Assembly (NCBI GenBank): GCA_051362555.1
Contig: CM120640.1
Coordinates: 68,302,788-68,366,787 of the forward strand
Direction of reading: 5' to 3'
Source of the DNA: Lingula anatina
Taxonomy: Eukaryota; Animalia; Brachiopoda
Length of the DNA stretch: 64,000 nt
A program made the position numbers and the translations under genes. Positions 35,001-48,787 of this stretch are shown here, piece by piece. Every line of letters begins with the position of its first letter. Position 1 is the stretch's first letter. The notes under the pieces are model-generated. The model did not search any database and had not been told where the DNA came from. It saw only the letters and a list, made by a program, of their open reading frames with translations.

Positions 35001-38000
35001 TATGTAAAAGAGTAAATAAGCAGAAGAGAGAAAGTTGTCAGTGAATGTACCAAATCTTTCATAAAAGAAAAAAATGAAGGCTCTTCAAAAATTGAAATGT
35101 TAAGTCATAAGAATGATTTTAAAATGACATTCCTCATGTAATAAATGTATATAAAAGATAGGGTTGGATTTTTTCATTTTTTTTTCAATAGATACAGCAA
35201 AAATTAAAATAATGCATAGCTACATGAAACAGCATTTATAAGCAGCGAATGGCAGAAAACAAGAATTTAGATTATAAGTCACATGAAATATGCTGCTTAG
35301 TAAAATGTCTGTTGCAGCAGCAAGATAAGAAAACTTTTTCATCACTCTTTTTATATTAAGTAATCACTTCATGACAGTATACAACTGACAAATAACATCA
35401 CATATTTTACAGTGGAATTCCAACAAAATTTATTCCAAGTGCCAGTCTATTCATCATAGGAAGCTGACACTGTGAGTTGCACTGTGTATAATTGCCCCTG
35501 GGTACTTCAGACCACTATAGTCAACTGGCTTAACCACTGCCCAACAGAGAACAACAAACAACATCATAGTTACCACGCTGTTGTGATGTAAATTCTGAGC
35601 ATAATTGCCATTTGTTGATGATGCTTCAGAACTTGCATCGATTTAAACACATCAATATTACAAAATTTACCCTGCATGCATTTCCATAACTAGAATAGGG
35701 TGATATTGTGTGTATTTCCTCAAACTAAACATAATCCATGTCATTAACAATAAAATTTACATTTATTTATCTTATTTTGCAAACTGCGCACACAAAAAAA
35801 ATTTCAATAACTTTTGACCAGTTCAGCAGTGGCCACAGTCCATGGTTTCCAACACAATGGCTAGCACTAAAAGTAACTGATCTTGCCTTTCCCTGTACAA
35901 AATGTGCACAGACCCTACCAAGTATCAAAAGTTAAATCTCTGCTTATTGAAAAATAAGAAAGTGCCCAACCGTGCATGTAATAACACAGCTATGACCAAA
36001 ATATTTTCAGAATTCCAAAGCATTATGCCTGAACCCTGCTTATGAGACCATTTGTAATGACTTTCTGAGCGAAACTACCTCTGGGCAAACACAAATATTA
36101 GTTTCTGTAAAGCCACCGTGATAACATATAACAAACTAGGAAAGAATACGGACTTAATACAGGCTGTTAATACTTACTAGAACCAAGGAGCAGGGTTAAG
36201 ATGCCCAAGCCCATTCTTCACATATGCTCTGGAGTATGTGTCACATCTTTGTGTATGTCCACTGTGAGTTGCCTTTGACCACCTTAACTGCTGTGGACCA
36301 AAGCCAAGGGATGCAGCATCTATACTCCTTTAGATTATACCTTTCACTGAGGCTAACAAGCCAGAGTCAGCTCCCTTAACCCAAGGTTCTCCGTATGGCT
36401 GTTAGGGAGTGATAGTGTTACACAACCTGACTTTGATGTTTTCCACACAATTGGCACTATTTTTTTTAAACAGTTAATCGGCAAAATTCAAATAAGCTCA
36501 CCCTCCAGTGTGGCGATAGCATCACCCACTGGCACTGCATCTATGTCAGGTTCTTTCAGATAACTAACACTGGCTCCAAGGCAGCATGAATACTGACAAA
36601 TAAAGTTTCACCAACTGTCCATCTAAGGCAAACCCTGGCCTAGCACGCCCTGTCCAGGCCTTTGTATCCCTCTCTATAGAAAACGGTTTCTTTCAGCACA
36701 TTTTATTCAAACCATCTTGCCTTACAGCTTCCCAGATAGAGTAGACTGGGCCCTATAGGAGAGCCTGCCAACCATGTCTCCTTGTGTATAGTATAACAAG
36801 CTAATACATTACAAACCAGGCTGTGGGATTATCATGAATAGTGGCTACACAGTGGTAAACCTGCATGTTAAAATGTTTGCACACTTGGGGGTACACCACC
36901 CACAAGACGCACACCCCTGTATCACACTTGGCTGGGTTTTAATTTTGAAATTTCACAGGTTACAGCCCACAGTGACAAAGGGTTTACCCTTTTATGAAAA
37001 TTGCACACTCGGTTCAAAATTTAAATTGGAGACAGCTATCTGTGTTAAAAACCAATGCCTCTGGCAAAGATGAATCAAAAAATATGGTAATAAATGATGA
37101 TGTGCCCAAAGCTGAGCTATTGAATTGACAGTGTTTTTTTTTCTTCATTTTTTATTTGTTTGTAGACTAAGTGACATAGTAGTTGTGACATGTATTGATT
37201 TCAATGTGCTTCTTTGATTTATTCATTTGTTCATTCATTTCCCTTTCTCTGTCTCTCACTTTCTTAATTTAGGGGTAAGGGATGGGGAGGGTTAAAATCC
37301 ACAAATAGCACCATTTGAAGAACAGTTTTACCATTTCGAAGAATCCACACAAAAATACCTTGCCCCCTTGATATAAGCTCACAAATGCCAAGTTGTCATC
37401 ATTTTTCTGTCTACTGTTATCCACTGACAAAATTATGTCTCTGCAGCTCTATTATTAATGGCCCTGTTTACTCAAGTTTTTTAAAGGCAATGGGGCATGA
37501 AACTATTGTAATATAAGTGGGTGAGGCACGCAGTTGAAATGAATAAAAATGCTCTTCTAAATTATTTACAGAAATAGATCCTGTTCATCATATTCCTTAC
37601 TTACCACACACATACATATACTTTTTCTATGGATATTTATTATTATCTCCTAATCTGTCATTTCTCTGGCAGTAAACTAAGGAGAGAGATAAAAAAAGTA
37701 ACTGGTACAGACAGGCATGAAAAGCTAAGTGATAGGTGTTGCATGAAAGCATTCTTTTTCATTTAGGTACTAAGAAGTTCCAATTCTTTACACAACAATG
37801 TGGTGCCACAATAAAGTCATTACACAAGTCTTAGGGAGAAGAAGAAAATAAAAAAAAGTCTTTCAGAAATGAATCACAACCCCATCAATCATGACATACA
37901 CAGGACTGTCAGACAAGTACAAATATCCTAAAACCTTTTTTTAAAATTCTACTAAATGCAAATTATCTTAAAGCATTGCTACCACTTGCCACACCCTGAT

Positions 38001-41000
38001 AAAAAGGAAATGCAAAGTGAGTCCTGGCAAAAATATTTTCTCTTGGGAAATCTTTTCTACAATGAAATTCAGCAGACATTATAGCCTGTAAACATTGCAA
38101 GAAAGTAGTGAAAGTTAAGTCATAGTATTCCCACTTTCTTACACATCCTTGTTTTTAAACATTCAACAGTCTCCCCAAATCCTAACACTTGTTCAATTGG
38201 ATTGATCTTAGCCAAACATTTTTTCATAATTTTAGTGTCTTTGTGTATTTAATGACCGTGTGCCAACTAAGTGTGTATTTTTAAATACACTGATTATCAC
38301 TGAATTTATTGATTGAAGCCCCAAAGCCCATTTGTTTTCCTATTTCCTCTTGTAGGTATGTTCTTGATTTCCCTTTCAGTTTTCAATGAAGTATTGGGTA
38401 ATACAGAATGGGTAATGATGAAGAAATGCTTCACAAGCCAAAGTGAGCCACGTTAAATTTAATTTGTTTTCAGCTGATTGGGGTTCACTCAAGTGAGTTT
38501 ACAAAATAAAATGTACCAAATAGAAAATCCCCATTGTTCTTTCAACTACTAAATCCCTCAGCTGGATCCAGCACAAGTTCAAATGGCAAGGATTCAGTGA
38601 GGATTAGGGTGATGCAGTTAACAATATCTGTCATTAACCCAACCACAGAAGGATGTTTAAGAGGTTTGTGCTGGTTAACCCTGTGAACTATGTGGTCTTA
38701 GTTAAGCTGGTCCAGGTAGACTGGCAGGTGGAGCCCAGGTAAGGTATCCACCCACCTGTACAGGTATGCTTAATAGCACAGGTAACTAATATATAGACAA
38801 CACCAAGAAGTAAATGATGCCAGAAAAACAGGTCTTCATAATTTGTCTAAGGCTGCATCTGGTTGTCAAAATCTTCCAGGCTGCATGGAACCAAATTTAA
38901 CTGCAATTATTTCAATTGTCAAAGGATCATATTTTCACACTATATATATTTATATATATATGCCTTTTCTCTGCTGTAAATTATTTTCTTCAAATTACAC
39001 TCGTATTTCTAAGCATTCTCCAGTGTTGTATCACTACCATCTCTCGTGCTAAGCCTGTATTCTTACCAAAGTGCATCACGAATGATGTGCTTTAATGAGC
39101 ATTTTATGGGTGAAGATAAATGAACTTCTTTTAACTTAAGAGATAAAAATCAAAGACCGACAAAGATAAATTTATGCTTTTCAAACGTGAAAAAAGGTGG
39201 AGAGGGTCAGGTGAAGAAGATACTGGTACATCCAACATGTAATTTGGTGAGAATCTTTTTTCATACTTTAAAACATTCTATTGGGTTAAGAGAAGTCCAT
39301 TCCACAAACAAGTGACTAACACCCCATTTCCATAGATTTTTAGATCGATCTATCCCTGTGGGGAGTCTCACTAGATTACTGTCAGCTTGGCCGGCTTAAG
39401 CGTCTGTCCCGCCTACTAAAAGCTGTAAGGGGGTAATTAACTATGGTGTCCGCTCGGCTGACTGCAATTTAGCCTGAACCCCCAGGGAGTTAGGTCGATC
39501 TAAAACTTAATCTTTAGATCGATCTAAATCTCTGGGAAAGCACCCTAACACACCTCCTTTTGTTTCCAACATACTCCTATAATCACCAGCTTTTCTATAT
39601 TCTACTCAATTCCAGGAGGATGCATGTTAATCTGTCAATCTGATTGCATTCAGCAAGAGTCTCCAAGGAGTTAGTGCACATAAGCTAGGTCAACAAAATT
39701 CATAGTGAACGGTCCCTAAAATATCAGTGTGTCCGGCAAACAACACTTGAACCAATCTGCCATATCAGTTATGACCGTCTGGCCAAATATTTGGCAATGT
39801 TTTTCATATCAATGATCTCCGGCAAAGATGAGATAGCATTCTGACAATATTTGTCATCAGTTGATAAGTGATACAACTTTTATATAATAACCATGTGACA
39901 TGAAACTTAACCATAATCACGGGTGACATCATATATAATCTTAAAATTTAACAGCAATGTTAGTGGTCAAAATCTAGTCCTTTTGTTTCTTTCTTTATGC
40001 ATGTGCATGTCAGACTTTTCCATACTACAGAAAACAAAATCCAATAAAATTATTGACACAAGGCCTCATAACTTTCTCCAATTTTAATAAAAGAGATAAA
40101 CAATGTTGTAGTTAAGAAGAAAATAACTCCAAAGTTCCTCATAATTCACATAAAAATAAAAAAAAAAGTGAAAAAGTTTTTCTTGTCTATCCAGAACATT
40201 TTGGCAATAATAAACTTCAAAGCTGTGCACCTTCTATGCCAATTTTCACCAAAACTGCATAAAATTACCTAGCCCTGCCTAGTACCCATGCTGTCCTGTT
40301 TATTTCCCCCATATAAAGGAAACACTTTGAAGTCTTTTTTCATCATCTGAATTGTCATTTCCTGCCCTTCAACCTTATAAATTATCTTTAGAGTACTAAG
40401 TTTGTAATAGTTTTTTTTTAATGTCAGCCTGGTTAGCAATGGCTAAAACTAAGGGTAATAAATAAGATAACCTTGAGCTAAATATAAACATTGGCTCCAC
40501 TCAGGTAGGATGTAGAATATCACCAAATGACCTTTATCAAATTTTACCCAGGTCTATTAAAAATGGCAGCATTATTATCAAGATGTTGATCGTCATCATT
40601 TTAGACACTATTCTTCAAAACTGAAAGTTTATTAATAAATTTATTATTATCATCATTATTATAATTATTCCTTTATATATTTAATTTTGAATTATTTTTA
40701 TAATGTTTGCAATTAGACTGATACAGAGTCATACAAAGAATTTAAACAAATACCTTCACCTTGTCCAACATTCCATTCAATAAAAATCAATTTCATATTT
40801 CTACCATGTGACAACCCCTGCCTGCACTTAGACATGACCCCATAAAAAAGAGTTGTCTTCAGCAAACCATATCACCAATTGTTACTTAAGTTTGTGTTTG
40901 AAAACAAAAGTACCAGGGAGGTCCTCTGCCCACCACAGCCTCTAACACCAGAGATAAAGGAGATACAGATCCCTTATCAAATTTCATTATGCCAAAATAA

Positions 41001-44000
41001 ATGCATCTAGTTTCAGAAAATCAGCCCTATTGTGAAATTCTACACATGCCAGGTTTCAATTATGGCGTCTTTTAACTGCAACAACCCTGCACTAGGCTCC
41101 ATGTTCTCCTACTTATAGAAAAATAAAATATCTGTGTCCAATCTGATACTGCTGAAAACTAGAATACATTAGGCTTATCTTCTCCCCAAGCAAAATTGAA
41201 AAGATTAACATGGATTTATTCCACAGATCCAGTTCCATAGCCATTTCTTTATTTACTTTTATTACACCTCAACTAAATACTGGATACCAGAGGGCAGTGC
41301 TGGCATGAACTTTATCAATATTTGTTACATAATGTCCTGCGTCAGGTCAGTCTGCAACCTCTCCCCCCCCCCCCCCCCCCCCGGTCACACCCCGCCTCCA
41401 CATACAATTCCACTGAAAATCCTTTCCACTGCAGTCTACTAAATTCAATGAACAGAGTTTCAGCTACAGTTACAGCACCCCTTTCTCAAGAATTTTTTAT
41501 CTGTCTTACACTTTACAGGTAGTTGTTTACAGTGACACCAGAATGTATACTATGTAGCAAATCAAGCTTAAGTTCTGGATGGGTGGTCTGAATTTCAAAG
41601 AGGCATCTGATGATCATCATTAACTTCTTTAAAAAACAAACACAGTCCTACTTTTCCCCACAAAAAATATAGCACATACAATGAGAATAATCCTAAAAAA
41701 TTCATCAACTATGTTTTAGTCAAGTAGCAGCTTTGTTGATGAAACCAATATATCCTTGTAACATGTGATACAAAAGCTCCATAAAAGTGCAATCCTGTGT
41801 GGTCTTACAGAGGAGGTGAATGAGGGATGAGAGAGTCGTGGTATCAGTTAAAGAGAATACACACTGGTTAGAAATATTGTTAAAATGGTTGGTGATACTT
41901 CTGAACAAAACAGGAGAGTGTGGCTCAGGTAGAGGGGTTTAGGGGGTTCAAAATGACTGCACTTTTTTGGTGAAAAGGTCCACTCTGAATCAACTTTGGA
42001 TAGAGGTTCCTTGTCATTTCCCAAGTTAGGTCAAGGCTACACCCCCCTCCTCCTCCTCCTACACACATGTACAAATACAATGAAAGCATTTTTAAACTGG
42101 AAAAGCAGTCAGAGAGTGCAGCCTCTGCCAAAGCAAATAATTAACTAATAACTGACCATTAATTAATCAATTAATCATCACCAAAATCTTATCATTTTTA
42201 CCTCATGACATATCCTGAAATTTAATTCATTAATTGATATATTAATTAATTGACCATCACCAAAACCTTATCATTCCTTTCTTGGCCAATTTGTGACCTA
42301 TCCTGAAAATTCAATTAATTAATTAAGCAAGTAAGTAATGGATCATTACCAAAATCTAATCAGTTCTTCCTTGGCTCATTTGTGACCTTTCCTGAAAATT
42401 TAATTAATTAATTAATTAATTAATCGATAAATTACTTAATAATTATGTAATTCATTTATGGATCATCATAACCATTGATTCCTTGACTCATTTGTGACCT
42501 ATCCTGAGAGTTTCATCAAAATCTGTACATAACTGATAAATTAATTAATTTATGGATCATCACCAAAATCTAATAATTTGTTCCTATGCCCAGTTAGGCC
42601 TATCCTGATAACTTCAAAATCTATCCATGACTTTGTGCGTAATGCTGCCCACAGACAAACAAACCCACAAACTAATGGTAACAAAAGCATAACCTCCTTG
42701 CTGGAGGTAAGAAAACAATAATATCCATTTCAGCAAGCACACTTCATGGCATTTTCTTGAGTTATTTTCTGACTGCACCTACGAAACAATAACTTACGTA
42801 AATGAAAAGACAATTAAGTAGCACTGCTTATAAATATGGATTTCAGTAAAGAGTTATGAACCTAAAGATACACTCCTTCAGATAAAAGGCAATGGTTTAC
42901 AAAAGTTTGTTCATTATTTTTTTTTTTGTTTTTTGAGAGACCACCGACCAATCTCCAATCAACATGATGAAGCCATCCGCACTGTATATTACAAGTGATT
43001 ACCTGCCAAAATTTAGCTTCACACCTATGAAATATGCCTTCTCTTAAGATCAACTGATGCATTAATAACCCCTTCACACCATGCTTTCAGGTACAAAGAC
43101 AGGGTTGCCTAGGTTAAAACAAGCCAGACACTATGCAGTAACTTTACTGACCCTGAACAGAAAGTACATTATTTTCAAACCAGGACAACTTTACTGCAAT
43201 ATCACTGCAAAATTTCATGCCAAAGAAAAATTTTCTCAGATTGCTGTAATGGTAAATTCTCTCAAAAATCAATGGAGTCAAGGGTTAATCATGGATGTGT
43301 ATCTAATCTGATTAACCTTTCAATAAATAATTTTCACCTTGAAAGTGACACCCAATAACTCAGCACCACCAGCATGCAAATCTGAAATCAATAGAACAAA
43401 TCGGCCATGTTGAATCAAACGATACGGTGACAGTCACAGATTTTACTTAAACCTTTATTTGGCTTGCTGGAGTACAAACAACATGTCATGCCCAGTAAGT
43501 GTGTGTGTGTGTGTGTGTGCGTGTGTGTGTGTGTGTGTGTGCATGCATACGTGCATACGTGTGGGTCCTTTTTTATTTGAAGGGGGGCCTATTGGAAACC
43601 TGATGTATGTGCCCTAATATTGCAAGATCAAAGAGTGAGTTGTTTACTCACGCAGTCACCTTTCTTAGGATATGATGCCTTAGTTATCTTTATGAGCTGA
43701 CAGAAAAGATATCACCAACATTGACGTTGCTAATATTTCCTGTGTCAAAAAAACAAGGATCTTACATATCGCGTGTAGATATTCTTGATTGTATGTATAT
43801 GAACTTTATGACACCAAGGATGAATGCCATCTAATAGACAGATAACTGATGACACGCAGTAACACAGACATCTATATCATGCACACACATAACATATTAA
43901 TGACATTCAAAAGTAGATAAACCCCTGACAGATTATTGATGAAAAACAAGGCAACAAAAGGCAATGAAACATCTCAGCATTCAATATCTTCCATGTAGCC

Positions 44001-47000
44001 TACCATGCACTGGTACATATGTAATATTAATTGTATAAGTAAATGGAAAAGTAGAATTGCAGGCTGATTACAGGAGCAAAAAAAAAAATCACTCCAAATA
44101 CTCTGACCAGCATACATGAACTAGGCCTAGAGCAACACTGGATAGTTTTATGAACAATACTACTGCCCACTGGATAAAATGGCTATCCTATAACAGTTAT
44201 CCTGTGAATAAAGAAATATATTACTTTTTGGTCTCTTATATATTGCTAGATATCACATTTAGCACAGTGGAACAGGAGGGAGGAGAGCAAAAGTGCAGGA
44301 ACAGCATTCATCTGTTGATTCTGTTCCTGAAAACAGGCTTCCGGTACAAGAACACATGGTACTTTCATAACTCTGCTTCACATGCAACTAGCAGGAATTT
44401 AATTTTCAATATTCTTATTACTCATTTAAAAGGAACTCCTACTCAACCAACTGTTTTTGAGGACAAATAGAAATTAATGACTACCCACAGCCAATCCTTC
44501 TGTCCAAAAAAAGGAGAAAGATTCAATTTTGCTATAATTAAAGAATCTACTTCTTAGCTAATGCCATCACAGTGTTTCATAGCCACATCAACTTCCAAGT
44601 ACAGAAAGAAAATACATCTGCATTATCTTTACAATGACAGGTATCAACCCTCCAATCCCATTTCACAGCAGGCACCTGTTCCTCAATTATGAGGTGCTGA
44701 AAGACAGGGGTTTCATTTTTTTTCTTCAATAAACGTTAAATGCAAAATCACATTCTGAAACAGAAGGGAGTTTCCAGTATATCAAATACATCAGTCTATC
44801 CTGTCAGATGTCGCTCTCACCCAGACATTTTATAATGACACCCTTCTATTTTTTGTGAAATCTACAAAGACATCTTGTCTGTACCCTAGTGACATAGCAG
44901 TACCTCTGTACACTACAACTATTGTCACCTTGAGATGAGAACACCCATCCTCTCTAATAACAGTACTAGCTGATATATTGCACAATATGGTTTCTCAGCG
45001 GATACCCTTTATGTGTTAAATAAGATGGTCTTATTGGTAGATCTTGCTGTAAATTAACTCCTGGAGGCATGGCATGTGCTTGCCTTATTAAAAGAGAATA
45101 TTGCATAGATTTCAGAAACAATAAGAATTTGGAAACAGAGTCAATATACAATGCTTAATCAAGGAAAGGAAACCATGTAACACGATACTGTCATGCTACT
45201 TTATTCCTACTACTTTTCCATGGCAGAAGGTGAAATCTTAAGTCACTCTATATATTTCACAGAATAAAGTGGATTTCTTTAACAGAATATTATAACATGG
45301 ATATATTTCAAAGAATATCTTTATCTTAAATGATCAAAATATCTTAGTTTCTTTTATCATTTCACAAGCATAGTGGGAGGTTGTACATTCCAACACAAAG
45401 CAACTGGAGGAGTTAAAAGTCAGAAATCAACAAGTGGAAAAAAGTCATTCTCAAATCCACTTCACAAATCTGCATATGAATATGAAGTATCAAGTCTTCC
45501 AGAAAGGTTCATGACAGTCCCTCCTTTTTGAATCATCTTTCTCAGCTTGTATCATAGAAAACTAATCACCTGTTTCTGTACACTGTCACAGATTGCACCT
45601 GGCTGGGGTGGTGTGGTAGAGGTCAGATTTCCCTCTTTTAACCAACACAAGGCTGAATTCATCAGCTATCCTTCACACCTGGTCCTCTATTATTGAATTA
45701 TTGAGCTTCCCTTGAGAAAAATGTGGTAAAATAATAATTACCTAACACCTCTTCTGGGGTTAACTAACTGAGAGCATGTTGAAATCTGATCTTCACACTG
45801 AAAGTAATTTATTATGGTGGATGTTGTGCTGATATGGATAAGGTTATGCCCATTTCACTATATGATGACCTGGCCTAGCTGAAGTGGTATTAAAGGCACT
45901 GCCAGAGTATAACACCTTGGAAAGTTATAGGACCAACTCAAAGTCATAAAACTATAAATACTGCTTAGTCACAAGTCAGTGCACACAAAACAACTTCTTG
46001 TGTTTCCTTCAATTTAAGAAACTGCCTTGTAAAATATAAATTTAATTCAACCCATTAAATTTAACCCACTTAATTACATATCACAACAGCACTTTGTGAA
46101 ATTCTTTTCACCAACTGCTTCAGAGATTGACGTTTGTTAAATAAGTTCATCTTCTATTTTCCTTTTGGACCATTTGCATAGATTGAGCAATTGAATATCC
46201 TAGATGAAGAAAGGATTATAATGGCGGCATGGGAGTTTTCAGGGTAGATTATCATTCTATTACTTGTTGACTACTGAAACTTTTCAGCACACCAGAAAAA
46301 AATCTAAACAGTCAGCTTTCACAAACATGCATCCATCTGTCATCAGTTGGAAAAATTCTTCAGAAATCTGAAGTTACCTGGATTGTTGTAAAAACTGATG
46401 AAACTTTGAAAGCAGCTCATGCCTAAGACTTTTCATTCAACTGGTGACCTCTTAGTAAACGGTCTGTAGCTCAAAATAATGGGGTGTCTCAAAATCTAAC
46501 ATCATTCATAGACAATTTACTCCCTTAATTACCAAAGAAAAAATAATTACATAGGTAAGTTTGCCTTAAATGAAATCATTCTGTAGCTACAAATTCATAG
46601 GTCAAGGGGTGAATGTGCATGCTTAGAGAGAAAGAGAATCTCTCTGTCATGACCCTGCTTTGAAAGGTGCTTGACAACACTGATTTGTCCGGTCACTGTA
46701 GCAAGTGTTTGCTGAATAATTAAAAAACAAGGTGTGGTGGATAACTTCCTATGGGATTTGTGAACCCCGAATTGGTCCTGAAGGTATGCAACAAATATCA
46801 TAAACAAATGGGTTAAAAGAAATGTAAAATGCACAATGTGAACAGATCATTAAAAGAAGCATAAAATAAGCATAATTACATACTGTAAGAAGAGATCAAG
46901 ACTGAAAACTACATGTACTAATGGATGGGATGATACAATTAACCTCTCATAAAAATTATGAAGACGTATGGGAAACATAGTATGAATGGAATTTTTTGAT

Positions 47001-47836
47001 ACTCATAATGCCAGTATAATTAATCACTGCAGAGCAGTGACCTTTCAAGCCATGGCAGGACCAACCGGTCCTATGTTAAGGCAACAGTCTAAATATGCTT
47101 TGCTCAAGTGGGGAGTCAGTCATGCAAGAAAATCACTCAGTCAGTGCATGCACTGCCCGTAGTCAAACCAGAATGGTGAAAGCATGTGAAACTTTTCGAC
47201 AAAGCAGCCAGACCCACACGGCAGAGAATTATACAATGCTCAAATAGGCCTCAATGGCAGGTTGTGTTTAGGTACAGTTTGGCAAGCATTCAAAAATGTG
47301 TGTTTACACACAAAATGAATAGATCTGCGCACCTCAGTGCACTAATATCTGCATTGTGAAGTTGAAAATTTAGCACAGTGGTGAGCAATTAAAAACCAAA
47401 CCAGAGGTTAACTAGGCTACAGTGTAAAATACTCTACCTGGAACATTTCAGGCATGTAATATGCCAAAGACTTTGATTAGGCCCACTTGCTACATGTAGT
47501 CCTAAATGAAGTCTTAGTGGTAGACCGCCAAGTATCACACTTTAAGTTAAACTGGCGGTGTACATTTCAGTTGTAATGTGCTTGCATGTATCGTTTCAAG
47601 GTGAATTTATCGGCTGGTAAACATGAGTGGGAGAAATGTCCAAAGTATTTTGACTGTGTTTTTAGGTGGAATTTGGCTTTTAAAACACACAGTCATTGAA
47701 CTTTAGAGTTGTCTGGACCTTGTGACTTACCTCTAGAGTTCACAAAAGCTACACACTGAAGTGTAAGAAACACTAAAACGCACACCGTCCTCTTGACGTG
47801 CATTGACAGAGCCATAACACTGTCGCTGGTGGACAT
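11454..47836 (-). CDS. EVA1C: Protein eva-1 homolog (EVA1C/EVA-1 type): signal peptide, two SUEL/rhamnose-binding lectin domains, S/T/G-rich stalk, TM helix, short tail, about 539 aa; exons 47836-47731, 29483-29266, 18110-17987, 17474-17328, 15447-15304, 12970-12569, 12264-12094, 11761-11454
   Basis: All eight exons join in frame with GT-AG ends (1620 nt). SUEL motifs AHYGR..C, FGKDPCPGTSKYLEVAYKC, AMFGR, FGEPCSPGTYKYLIVVYTC; TM NQEKLILYLVVSLCIGLILVLLAIIV; C-terminus SLNNYYG as in the EVA1 family. Exon 1 encodes MSTSDSVMALSMHVKRTVCVLVFLTLQCVAFVNSR in a CpG-rich region; the exact start Met (47836 or a downstream one) is uncertain. Confidence 0.9.
13267..13977. repeat. Tandem duplication, about 337-bp unit x2
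   Basis: GTGAAAAATTAAATTTTCACAAAAAACTG at 13267 and 13604, followed by near-identical sequence; the second copy has an A-tract expansion. Confidence 0.9.
14375..15000. repeat. 161-bp satellite-like tandem array, about 4 copies
   Basis: GCTGATTTT(C/T)GAACT(C/T)(A/G)ACCTGC recurs at 14418, 14579, 14740 and 14901. Confidence 0.92.
18161..18242. repeat. (AT)n microsatellite, about 41 units
   Basis: Perfect dinucleotide run about 50 nt from the acceptor of EVA1 exon 3. Confidence 0.95.
22071..23850. mobile_element. Degenerate non-autonomous TIR transposon, about 1.78 kb, in EVA1 intron 2
   Basis: Ends CTATTAACCCATTA / TAATGGGTCAATAG plus an inner inverted block GCGGCCATGCTGGAGGGA / TCCCTCCAGAATGGCTGC; CpG-rich termini in a CpG-poor intron; no clear TSD. 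Confidence 0.7.
26038..26091. repeat. (ATTT)n microsatellite
   Basis: About 13 tetranucleotide units. Confidence 0.9.
26439..26697. mobile_element. 259-bp palindromic MITE with 3-bp AAT TSD (PIF/Harbinger-like)
   Basis: GAGCGCATTCAG...CTGAATGCGCTC; the arms pair over about 100 bp (AAAAGCAATGCCACTAATTCCCTGA vs TCAGGGAATTAGCGGCATCGCTTTT); AAT at 26436-26438 and 26698-26700. Confidence 0.8.
39321..39545. mobile_element. Small degenerate MITE with TAGATCGATCTA palindromes
   Basis: TTTCCATAGATTTTTAGATCGATCTA vs TAGATCGATCTAAATCTCTGGGAAA; CpG-containing interior. Confidence 0.5.
42095..42712 (+). mobile_element. Second Helentron/HINE-like element with internal degenerate repeats
   Basis: 5' CAGAGAGTGCAGCCTCTGCCAAAG; internal repeats of ATCACCAAAATCT..GTGACCTATCCTGAAA..(TTAA)n; 3' (ACAG/ACAA)n then hairpin AACCTCCTTGCTGGAGGT, partly complementary to the 5' sub-terminal block. 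Confidence 0.7.
43499..43541. repeat. (GT)n microsatellite
   Basis: About 21 units with one GC interruption. Confidence 0.9.
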
Positions 47837-48200
47837 CTTCGGCGAGTTGAACCTCAAAACAAAATTATCCGTTTAATCAGTCGAGGTATTCCTCGCAGTC
47901 TTGGGCGTATTTCCATATTTCTATAGTCAATAGAGAATCCTAGAAAATGAATAACATTACGTTTCGCACTGGAAAAGTGCTGGTCACACTTTACTCTTAA
48001 CCCCGTTCAAGAAAAGCGGCTGTCATTGCAATATAACCCACCACCGCCGCCGTACTGTTGTGTACACTAATGTCACTGCTTTGATCATGCGCGTGCTCCG
48101 GACTGAAGTGGGCGGAGCTCTGCAAGTAAACAGACAGGTTCGTAGGAAAGTGCCCGTTTTAATAATGACAAAAGACAATCTTCTAGAGAGATCGGCACAC
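47837..48200 (-). promoter_or_regulatory. Probable EVA1 5' UTR/promoter (CpG-rich, GC box)
   Basis: Sharp rise in CpG density upstream of the ATG; GGGCGGAG near 48110. Confidence 0.55.
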
Positions 48201-48609
48201 CACACAATCAATTTTGAACGGCCTTGTTTATTATTGATTGTTCTTTGATTTTTATTTGCGAAATCGTTGATTATAACTGTGGAGAAATTATTCTACCGTT
48301 TTGAACAGAAACATTGGTTAATTGCACTTTTGTGCAACAAGTTGGGTAAACTTTACTATATTACGATTAGTTTACTTTTGGTATGGATTTATCAGCTTTC
48401 ACCCCAAATGTAAACTGCATCGAGACGAGGAAAATGAAATAATCATAAGAAATTATTTTCGCATCTCAAACGTAATCAAAATAATACCAGTCAAAATCAG
48501 CCTTAACCCAGTGGAAGAAATATTTTTCTTGGCGCCTACGTCATTATCGTACGTGACATACACACTGTAGACCGACACAATCACGCCAATGGTCTCTCTT
48601 GAAATAAGA

Positions 48610-48787
48610 GTTTTGACTAGCTGAATCATAGTTTTAAACCTTACCAAATGGCACCTTTCGTCCTCTAAAATATCAGAAAATTTGTGACCCTTCGCCGGGG
48701 GGGAGGGGGGGGGGGGGAGAGGATCGGATTCGCATCTGCGGACCCCCCCACCCCCACCCCCTTCAAATAATCCTGGATCCGCCTCTG
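48610..48787 (-). mobile_element. Truncated MITE of the CAG(A/G)GGCGGATCC family
   Basis: Reverse complement of 48757-48787 is CAGAGGCGGATCCAGGATTATTTGAAGGGG, matching 4122-4151; G/C-run interior. Left boundary approximate. Confidence 0.6.

Noticed and set aside
30300-46834. Many 60-110 aa ORFs within EVA1 intron 1
   Set aside because: Lengths expected by chance, often non-ATG starts, no coherent exon chains or motifs.
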